Part shown: positions 56,367 through 64,000 of the stretch, one piece after another | Layout of the letters: every line of letters starts with the position of its first letter | Position numbering within the stretch: the stretch's first letter is position 1 | From: an uncultured Rhabdochlamydiaceae bacterium | Lineage (GTDB): Bacteria; Chlamydiota; Chlamydiia; Chlamydiales; Rhabdochlamydiaceae | Direction: 5' to 3' | Assembly: GCA_963712275.1 (NCBI GenBank) | Contig: CAVQHD010000001.1 | Span: forward strand, 32,001 to 96,000 | DNA length: 64,000 bases | Translations under genes and position numbers: made by a program | The notes under the pieces: generated by a model | What the model was told of the DNA's origin: nothing | The model's database searches: none | Seen by the model: only the letters and a program-made list of their open reading frames with translations

Positions 56367-57398
56367 CTAGTTATTTTGTTCATAATCTTGGATCATCATT
56401 TCCACAGCGGTTTCCGGCCCCAGTTGATGGATATTAAGCCACCGAAAGAGAGGCTCTTCCTTCCGAAACCACGTATATTGCCTTTTAGCATACCGGCGGG
56501 AAGCCCGTTTAAATTCCTCTACAAATGTGTGCCAATCATCTATCGACTGAGGCGTTTGTAAATAGCTCAAGCATTGACGATACCCAATCGCTTGCGAAGC
56601 TGACAAATTATTCCTGAGCCCCTCTTTTTCTAATCTTTTAACCTCATCGACAAACCCTTTTTGAAGCATCTCTTCACACCGATGGTCGAGAATGGGATAT
56701 AAAATTTCCTTTGGTTTATAGAGAAACCAACACCGGAAGTCCAGCTCTTGGGTCGGAGTGCTCATCCTTTCAAAAAACGACACTTTTTGCTGCGTGATGC
56801 GAATAATTTCAAGGCCACGAATGATTTTATGCCGATCTCTAGCCGTAATGGTTGCCGCATACTCAGGATCAAGGGCTTTGAGCTCATCATAAAGGGCAAG
56901 CGCCCCTTTCTGGTCCATTTCTTGCTCGAGCCGAGCCCGAACCTCCGGAACAGAGGCAGGCCCTTGAGGAGGGCCATAAATTAAAGCATGGATATAGAAA
57001 CCGGTCCCTCCAACGACAATCGGAATATGGTCCCGCGCAAAAATCTCACGGAGTGCTTGCTGAACCTCGTGATAAAAATCAACGACATTAAAGGTTTCAT
57101 CAATATCTCGGCTATCGATCAAATGGTGTCGAATCGACTCTCGCATCTCAGGCTTAATCTTTGCTGTGCCGATATCCATTCCTCGATAGACCTGCATCGA
57201 GTCGGCTGAAATGATCTCCCCCCCAATAGCCTGAGCCATCCGTAAGGACATTTCGGTTTTTCCAACACCTGTGGGCCCCGCAACCACAATGATTTTTCTT
57301 TTTCCAGGGGCAAAAGAGATCTTCTGACCCAGCGGCAAATGGAAAGGGCTCATCACCTCTTGAAGTGTTTTATCTCCTAGCGCTGAACCTGATGTCAC
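56367..57398 (-). CDS. miaA: tRNA dimethylallyltransferase
   Basis: GPTGVGKT, ISADSMQVYRGMDIGTAK, VGGTGFY, AIGYRQ, RRYAKRQYTWF. Confidence 0.97.
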   Translation of the reverse strand: MTSGSALGDKTLQEVMSPFHLPLGQKISFAPGKRKIIVVAGPTGVGKTEMSLRMAQAIGGEIISADSMQVYRGMDIGTAKIKPEMRESIRHHLIDSRDIDETFNVVDFYHEVQQALREIFARDHIPIVVGGTGFYIHALIYGPPQGPASVPEVRARLEQEMDQKGALALYDELKALDPEYAATITARDRHKIIRGLEIIRITQQKVSFFERMSTPTQELDFRCWFLYKPKEILYPILDHRCEEMLQKGFVDEVKRLEKEGLRNNLSASQAIGYRQCLSYLQTPQSIDDWHTFVEEFKRASRRYAKRQYTWFRKEEPLFRWLNIHQLGPETAVEMMIQDYEQNN

Positions 57399-57408
57399 TT
57401 CTTTATCT

Positions 57409-57642
57409 CTATTCCTGAACGACTTCTAGCCGAACCCGTTGGCCAACACGAGCTCCCACCGTCATTGCAATCATGCGCAAAGCTTTAATGGTTCGCCCTT
57501 GCCGTCCAACAATTTTACCTACATCTTCAGGGGAAACTTTAACTTCGACGATCATCCCACGTTCTCTATTGACAATATTTACATTCACAGCGTCAGGTTG
57601 ATCAACAAGGTTCTTAATCAAGTAGGCAACAAATTCCTTCAT
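57409..57642 (-). CDS. khpA: KH-domain RNA-binding protein
   Basis: LVDQPDAV, DVGKIVGRQGRTIKALR. Confidence 0.9.
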   Translation of the reverse strand: MKEFVAYLIKNLVDQPDAVNVNIVNRERGMIVEVKVSPEDVGKIVGRQGRTIKALRMIAMTVGARVGQRVRLEVVQE

Positions 57643-57805
57643 ATATTCAAATCTCTTAGGTTAGGGGTTCGGAAGAAAATAGTGTATCATTACATCTGGA
57701 TTTGAAACAAGGACCATTAAGTCGTTGATAATCAAAAGCTTTTAATTTAAGCATCGCCAAAATTGGATTGTTTTGTTATAATTTTCGTAAATCTCAAAGG
57801 TATCC

Positions 57806-60661
57806 ATGATTTCAAATCATCTTCACTCATTACTCCCTAAAATTTTCCTTTCACCACTCCCTAAAATTTTCCTTTCACCCCGCAGCAGGCAGCTGGGAAT
57901 GCTCGTTTTGGCAGGAGGAGCTGTCGGGGTTTGCTTATGGAAATTTGGCCCCATGTGTTACGACCTCTTCAAAAAGTATTGTCCTCGATCCTCTTCATTT
58001 CCTCCCACCCCAATTGCCGTTTCAGAGACAACGATACCAGAGCTCAACCTCTTTGACACTCTACAAAAGAGTTGGAAAGAGCCTTTACAAGGTTGCAGTG
58101 GGGTTTCTTTGATGCCTTTAGGACTGACCTTTCAATTCCCTACTACCACTAGAGAAAAGATCCGAGCGTTTGAAACACTCTTGAAATCTTCAAACATTGA
58201 ATACCAAAAAATTGAACAACGAGAAAACTGGGTCACTAAAGCCACTCACTTATCGATCTCTTGGAGTTCGATTCAGATGCTGCTAGATTCTCCTATATTT
58301 TTTAACTGGAAAATAGAAGATGCAGAGCTGCTCACCGATATCAAAAGACAGATTGACAATTCTCCGCTGAACGGATACCAACCATTCTACTCTCAAGATA
58401 AAAAAAGCAACGCGCCGCGCACCTTAAATTCATTGGCACTCAGTTTGGCAAATCTAGATCCTACTCTTAGACAACGACTAAAAAACCATGAACGTTCCGA
58501 CACTCCTGAGAAAGACCTTCCCATCTTTCTCATTCAATATGATCAAAAGGCTCAAAATTTTTTAATATATGTTCCGGAAGCGCTAGAGAGTTCCTTTGAA
58601 CTCATCAAATACTCTTTAGCACTGAATGTTGAGCGTAAACCTTTTGTTCATCACCAAGTGAGTTATACGCAAAAAGTGACCGTTTCAAGAGATCAGATGC
58701 GGACCCTTTTAGAGATGCTTGGCCTTAAAAATATCCCAGGCGGGCAAATCACGAGGGGCTCGTCAAAAACCTATGCAGAGGACCTTGAAAAAACAGAGCG
58801 CTTGCATAGCTATTTACCTCAGTATCAAACGACTGTCATGGATACGCTAGAACGATCCCTAACTAGGATTGTTCCCGGTAGTATGGGAGTCTCCCTTCTG
58901 CAAACCGTCTACCACCCTTCAGGAAGCTTAATCATTCGTATTGTTGAAAGCCCATCCCCCTCCATTTTTTCCCGAAATTTGATCGACTATTTGCAAAGCT
59001 TGCTTCCTGCTTCCTCGCTAGATTTAATGCAGGTATCTTCTTCAAGCTGGTCTCCCATTCCTCATCCCGCAGATGGAGGTCATTCTATTGAAATTTCTCT
59101 CCATGAAGAGATTCTTCCCCCCATTCTTTCCGCAGTGTTTCCTCATCAGCACCGTAGGCAAGGGTATCTTGATCAATTAAATCAAATCAAAGCAAGCACC
59201 TATCAGCCCATCTTTATCAAGGGTGATGTTAGAAAAGAATTGCGCCTACTCGACTCAATAGCCCACTCTCTTCTCATGTATGATCCAACGCTTAAAAGTC
59301 TAGCGCTTAAAAACCAAGCAGAGAAAAGTGTCAATTATGCAATAATTCCACAAATTGTCTCAGAAAATGACCATCTATACATCTATCTTCCTGAAACGGT
59401 GCACCAGACCAAGCTCCATCAAGGAGTCTCTTCTCCAATGCCTTATGGAGAATATCTGTCGCTCCTTTACGGCTACGCAGGGCGCGCCGTCGAAAAAACT
59501 CATGTGAATTATAATAGACCGGATCCCGGCTGCAAATATACGTACCGTATTGAGATCCCTACACATAACCAAAGAGCGTTGGAAAAGTTTCTCGTCTTTC
59601 ATCTGCAGATGCGCTCCTTATCGACCTACGACAAAGAGTGGGCCCTAATAAGCTATGGCGAGTATGTAGGAGAGCCTGACGAGTATGCAGAAACTTTCCT
59701 AGAGCTATTTTTATATCATTACGGAAGCGATAACGCCTTTACTCAAAAGCTTGTTAAATTTCAACGCTTCCCCTATGGAAAACTCAACTTGCAAAACCTC
59801 TATTTACGTCCTACTCCTTTTGAATTTCCCTCAAAGCTTCCTTTCTTTACAAAAGAACAAATGATCGCTTGTCTCAGTAAATATATCGGCAAGGATGAAG
59901 CAAACAGGCAAACATTTATCCAAAATATCACTCAGACACTCTCTGATGCTTTTGCCGGAACTAAATTTTTCTCAGGACAGACTTCCAAAGAGAGACGGAC
60001 TGCTGAAGAGCTCATTTCTTTTACACGGTATCTTGTGCAGCTGCTGGGTAAGGAAGAAATCGACGAAGCCCACAAACAAGCCGTCGTGATAAAACTAGCT
60101 GCAGAGTGGACCCTTTGTACAGAAGGGCGCGCAGAACGTGTCCAAAACGCCTGTTTTTCCTTAAGAAGTCCACAAAGTACAGACGATTTACGCGAAGCGC
60201 TTCTACTCTGCGTGCAGGAATATAAAGAAGAGGTCGTGCAGAAGATCATTGCCTCCAACGCTCAATCCGTTCATGTGATGGCTTGGTTAAGAGCTAAAAT
60301 TGGCGAAGAGTATGGACTTGCGGCTCCTTTAAGAACAGATGGTTATGAGGGGGTTGGGGCACTTCAAGATGGAGACGTCGAATACATCAAACAAGCTCTT
60401 TTGAACATCGATGCAAATGAGCTGATCAAAGTCGTTCATACGAGAATGAATGTGAAAACCTCTGAGGGAGTCTTAAGAAACGGAGGGCTCATTGAAAATC
60501 GGCTGCGCGCCATTTTACGAAGAGAGGGAAATAGCGAAAAACAAATAAATCAAAAACTTGATGTACTCATCGAATATGATAAAAACCTGATGTGTCCTGC
60601 AAGTCTAACTGAGACCGCAATCAAGCTCTTACTCATTGACATTGAGGTTCTCTATGGTTAG
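57806..60661 (+). CDS. Large hypothetical protein (candidate effector): N-terminal TM, two ~260-aa repeats, C-terminal Cys-containing helical domain
   Basis: 951-aa ORF; internal duplication visible by eye; 24-bp tandem duplication at 57832-57879. Confidence 0.65.
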   Translation: MISNHLHSLLPKIFLSPLPKIFLSPRSRQLGMLVLAGGAVGVCLWKFGPMCYDLFKKYCPRSSSFPPTPIAVSETTIPELNLFDTLQKSWKEPLQGCSGVSLMPLGLTFQFPTTTREKIRAFETLLKSSNIEYQKIEQRENWVTKATHLSISWSSIQMLLDSPIFFNWKIEDAELLTDIKRQIDNSPLNGYQPFYSQDKKSNAPRTLNSLALSLANLDPTLRQRLKNHERSDTPEKDLPIFLIQYDQKAQNFLIYVPEALESSFELIKYSLALNVERKPFVHHQVSYTQKVTVSRDQMRTLLEMLGLKNIPGGQITRGSSKTYAEDLEKTERLHSYLPQYQTTVMDTLERSLTRIVPGSMGVSLLQTVYHPSGSLIIRIVESPSPSIFSRNLIDYLQSLLPASSLDLMQVSSSSWSPIPHPADGGHSIEISLHEEILPPILSAVFPHQHRRQGYLDQLNQIKASTYQPIFIKGDVRKELRLLDSIAHSLLMYDPTLKSLALKNQAEKSVNYAIIPQIVSENDHLYIYLPETVHQTKLHQGVSSPMPYGEYLSLLYGYAGRAVEKTHVNYNRPDPGCKYTYRIEIPTHNQRALEKFLVFHLQMRSLSTYDKEWALISYGEYVGEPDEYAETFLELFLYHYGSDNAFTQKLVKFQRFPYGKLNLQNLYLRPTPFEFPSKLPFFTKEQMIACLSKYIGKDEANRQTFIQNITQTLSDAFAGTKFFSGQTSKERRTAEELISFTRYLVQLLGKEEIDEAHKQAVVIKLAAEWTLCTEGRAERVQNACFSLRSPQSTDDLREALLLCVQEYKEEVVQKIIASNAQSVHVMAWLRAKIGEEYGLAAPLRTDGYEGVGALQDGDVEYIKQALLNIDANELIKVVHTRMNVKTSEGVLRNGGLIENRLRAILRREGNSEKQINQKLDVLIEYDKNLMCPASLTETAIKLLLIDIEVLYG

Positions 60662-61508
60662 TGCATTTAATTCGGTTGCAAGTTGTATTTCACACCTTGG
60701 CATGATTCCAGGCGCAAAACCGCTCCAATTTTTCATCGAAAAATTACCGGCGGATGATTGTAAAACTTTTTGGATTGAACCTTTTATACTCATAGGGGAA
60801 GCTTATAAGTATTATTGCCCTGAAGCATACCATGCAAAAAGTGGACAAGGGTGGGTTAAGTGGATTCGGCGTGGAGAAACTATTAGAAGTTGGCTGAGCA
60901 CTGCCGATGCCTTAGCTCAGTTAAGCCCTCTTTTCAAAGCATTTTCCACCCCCATTGATAAAGAGAGACTTCCCCAAAAAAAATATTCCTCACGATACAG
61001 ATGTGACCCCGCACCAAACATAAAAAAGATATCCCCTCTAGGTGAGATAGGATGCCTTGCTAAACGATTTTCTTCCCTTGCCATTTGGCTCATTGCTCTA
61101 GGCGATGCAGCCAATGAGGTACGAAAATACTGCTCTATTCCGCTTTTGATTGAACATACCATGCCTTGGATACAAACAATTTCAGGAATCTATGCCGGGA
61201 TCCAAGGATTCTATGAAGAATTCAGCTTTGCTAGAAGCACGTACATGCACCCCGACTTCCACAATCGAGTGTGGTTTTCGAACCATTTCCATGAGGAGTA
61301 TAGTATAACCATCTTAATCACAAATGCCTGTTCCACCGCCAGCTATGCACTTGAAGGTTTAAGGATTTATCTTGGTGAAAATTCTCTAAAATGGATGCCT
61401 CGAATTAAGTTCTATCTTCAAGTTGCAAATGTTATCCTACCCATTTGCCAACGCGCTTTAAAAGATCAGGTAGAATGGGTACAGCCCGAGCTGCGAGGGT
61501 CTCTTTGA
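60655..61508 (+). CDS. Hypothetical protein
   Basis: ORF overlapping the previous stop; ATG 60655 preceded by GAGG. Confidence 0.6.
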
Positions 61509-61549
61509 AATCAAGAGGCAGTTACAAAACTCGCTCTTTCTAGAAACCG

Positions 61550-62311
61550 TTACCCAATGAACGCCAGCTGAGGGATACGCAGATCGATGACTTGAGGCTT
61601 AGGAGGAAGGGTCCGGCGGAGCTGAAGGTAGTTGCCTAATTCTTGGGCAAAGTTTTTAGGAGTTAAGCGAAGAAATTTTGAGAAGCCGTCTTCTTCGAGG
61701 ATGACGATGATTTCCCGCCTTCCTAAAGAGGGAGCAAACGCTTCTGTCACATCGATCCGTTGGATATGGAGCGCTTGAGCTTGCATCAATTTCAGCAGAG
61801 TGAGTGCAAGGTCGGTCTTGGGCCCTTTTAAGGAGTGGCTCCAAGAAAAATTTGAAACTCCGAGATAAATTTCAGGAAGTTTTTTGGGAGAGAAAAAAGG
61901 GGTGATGGGAAAGGGAACAGCTTCTTCATCAAGAGCTGTATTTTCAAAGTCGTAGAGCCATGCAATCGGTTGCCTGACGGTGTAATCGACATAAACTGTT
62001 TCGGGATCTATCACTTTAACCACCGCCTGTTTAATCACAGGCGACTCCCGAAGCTTGGTCTCTGCTTGAAGAGAGTTGAAGCGGTCGATGGTTTGCGGTC
62101 TATCAGCTGAAATTTGCATCAGCTCGGCTAGATAGGCTGTTTTTAAAGCCTCTTTTTGAGGACCCGTTTGAACGATACGGCATAGGTAATGAGGAGGACT
62201 GGTGTGTGTTTGATAGTGGAGAAATACTTTATACCCTTTAAAAGCAGCGCCTGGAATAAGAAGAAGCGACCCTACAATCCAAGTTAATGCATGGAGAAAA
62301 GGGATTTTCAT
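61550..62311 (-). CDS. ftsQ: FtsQ/DivIB-like cell division protein
   Basis: Single N-terminal TM, POTRA-like SPVIKQAVV....P.TV.V....RQPIA, C-terminal IDLR; directly after murC-ddl. Confidence 0.75.
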   Translation of the reverse strand: MKIPFLHALTWIVGSLLLIPGAAFKGYKVFLHYQTHTSPPHYLCRIVQTGPQKEALKTAYLAELMQISADRPQTIDRFNSLQAETKLRESPVIKQAVVKVIDPETVYVDYTVRQPIAWLYDFENTALDEEAVPFPITPFFSPKKLPEIYLGVSNFSWSHSLKGPKTDLALTLLKLMQAQALHIQRIDVTEAFAPSLGRREIIVILEEDGFSKFLRLTPKNFAQELGNYLQLRRTLPPKPQVIDLRIPQLAFIG

Positions 62312-64000
62312 AATTCAATGGGCGGTTTTGCAGGAAGACGAAGGTGCCTTTGATGAAAACGGTGACGGTGAAGGCTTGCAATCACGACTCGATCGATTAC
62401 AAGAGTAGTGGGAATCCCCTCTGCTTTCCAAATCACTGGATAGACACTCATCGGGGTAAATCCCGGCATCGGATTCACCTCACTTAAAACCCATGTTCCA
62501 TCGGGTTTCAAGAAGAAGTCAATACGGGCAAGCCCGGAGCATCCAACGGCTCGATAGACTGTTTCAGCCATGCGGCGCCCTTGCTCTAAAATGTTGGGAG
62601 GTAGTGGTGTTTTTGGGATCGAAGGATTGCCGCTTAGGGCGTATTTGTTTTCATAGGTATGTACCTCATCTGCACGGATCACTTCTGCAGGATCTGAAAC
62701 AGAGACCTCATCATCGCCGATAAACCCAAATTCAAGCTCTCTTCCCACAACTTCTTCTTCGACAAGAAAACGGTAATCGAGCTTGGCAATGGCATGAATG
62801 GCGTCATCGATCTCACGTTCTGTTTTCACGCGATGAACTCCAAAAGTCGACCCAAGATGAACCGCTTTGATATAAAAAGGAAATGAAAACGAGTTTAAAA
62901 TCGTCTCTCGCACACGATCTGTTTTTTTCAGCCACTCATGGACAGAAAACTCGATAAAACGGGCAACAGGAACACCGTGGGCCAAGGCAATATGCTTCGT
63001 CCATGCTTTGTCCATGGCAATGACGCAAGAGCGGAAATCACACCCTACGTAAGGAATTCCAAGGGTTTCTAAAAAACCTTGCACCATGCCATCTTCTCCA
63101 AAAGGGCCATGTAACATCGGAAGGACAAGATCTGATGTCAATAGCTGTGAAACGACATCGGGAAGAGGGTGCTCTTTCCCTTCGCAGATCCAAGCTCCCT
63201 CTTTGGAGATTGTCCATTTTGTAAGCTGATAGAACTGCGGATTGATCTCTTCAGTTAATACCCTCGTAGAAAGAAGCGAAACTTCATGCTCCGCCGACTT
63301 TCCTCCTTGAAGAATCGTCATTTGAAAGGGTTTGATCGGATAGCTCAGCAGCTCAGACCCGAGCGCCGTCACATCTCCTGCCCCAAGAGTCACCACAATT
63401 TCATGAGGACGTACATAGTCGCCAAGAGCGTGGAGAAGCTCGTGGCGGGGGGCGTAAACCACAGGGATGGGCAACGTATTTTTAAGCGCCTCGCTAAACC
63501 TTTTTCCAGTAATATTCTCAATGGGCTTCTCCCATGCTCCATGCACATCCGAGACAAAGACGACATCAGCAGCGTCAAAGGCTTTCAAAAAATCGTCCCA
63601 GCAATGTTTGAGTCGGGAGAATCGATGAGGTTGAAAGACAGCAATCACCCTTCGCTCGCAGGCAGCCTTTCTAAGCCCTTCAAGGGTTGTCTTAATCTCT
63701 GTCGGGTGGTGCGCATAGTCATCAAAAATAGCTACCCCTCGGTTTTCTCCTTTTTTCTCCATCCGCCGTTTGACGCCTTGGAACGTTTGCAAGGCAGATC
63801 GAATGACCTCCTCCGAAATCCCCAATTGAAGGGCAAGAGCAAAGACGGCAGCTCCATTGAGCACATTATGCTCTCCAAGAAGTGGGAGATGAATGTTCAA
63901 ATAATCCTTCCCTTCCCATCGCAGATCAAATATCAGATGCCACCCCTCTTGCTTCCACCTCGCAATCTGAACATCAGCAGCGGGAGAAAAACCGTAACTT
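62308..64000 (-). CDS. murC-ddl: Bifunctional MurC / D-Ala-D-Ala ligase (5' part outside window)
   Basis: GEHNVLN, GVKRR, DDYAHHPTEI, FQPHRFSR, LGAGD followed in frame by GGKSAEHEVS, LHGPFGEDG, MDKAWTK, ARIDFF, EVNPMPG; frame open to the window end. Confidence 0.95.
   Translation of the reverse strand, partial: SYGFSPAADVQIARWKQEGWHLIFDLRWEGKDYLNIHLPLLGEHNVLNGAAVFALALQLGISEEVIRSALQTFQGVKRRMEKKGENRGVAIFDDYAHHPTEIKTTLEGLRKAACERRVIAVFQPHRFSRLKHCWDDFLKAFDAADVVFVSDVHGAWEKPIENITGKRFSEALKNTLPIPVVYAPRHELLHALGDYVRPHEIVVTLGAGDVTALGSELLSYPIKPFQMTILQGGKSAEHEVSLLSTRVLTEEINPQFYQLTKWTISKEGAWICEGKEHPLPDVVSQLLTSDLVLPMLHGPFGEDGMVQGFLETLGIPYVGCDFRSCVIAMDKAWTKHIALAHGVPVARFIEFSVHEWLKKTDRVRETILNSFSFPFYIKAVHLGSTFGVHRVKTEREIDDAIHAIAKLDYRFLVEEEVVGRELEFGFIGDDEVSVSDPAEVIRADEVHTYENKYALSGNPSIPKTPLPPNILEQGRRMAETVYRAVGCSGLARIDFFLKPDGTWVLSEVNPMPGFTPMSVYPVIWKAEGIPTTLVIDRVVIASLHRHRFHQRHLRLPAKPPIEL

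Noticed and set aside
57716..57742. IHF-like palindromic site between khpA and the effector gene (similar one near 30370-30390)
   Set aside because: A short AT-rich consensus that is too easily matched by chance to report as a feature.
62308..64000. murC-ddl fusion as a novelty
   Set aside because: A well-known chlamydial feature; used only as a taxonomic clue.

Overview
This is a bacterial chromosome segment, very probably from an environmental member of the Chlamydiota. The evidence is a fused murC-ddl followed by an ftsQ-like gene, a Pkn1-type kinase/FGE-sulfatase fusion, a SET-domain protein, a short RodZ, and the chlamydial gene orders miaA-(CT768-like)-...-rsfS-fabF-NUDIX and tRNA-Gln-prs-rplY-pth-rpsF-rpsR-rplI. 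The housekeeping blocks are interrupted by accessory genes. The main discovery is a complete lasso peptide (RiPP) biosynthetic cluster at about 18.3-23.1 kb. It has a 41-aa precursor missed by the ORF track (18340-18465; leader ...LGQASKLTL, core GLVGAPAEGITRHYNA, predicted Gly1-Glu8 macrolactam), a fused RRE/peptidase B protein, an ABC exporter and an asparagine-synthetase-like cyclase. The window also holds at least four types of long intergenic palindromic elements. Three types occur as two diverged copies, two of them with clear compensatory changes between the arms, and one copy truncates a gene. Other points of note: an unusual large OppA-fusion / SH2-like / MATE operon, several candidate effectors with internal domain repeats, a truncated IS630, and many broken toxin-antitoxin modules with their operator arrays. 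All calls come from reading the sequence by eye; no database searches were run.
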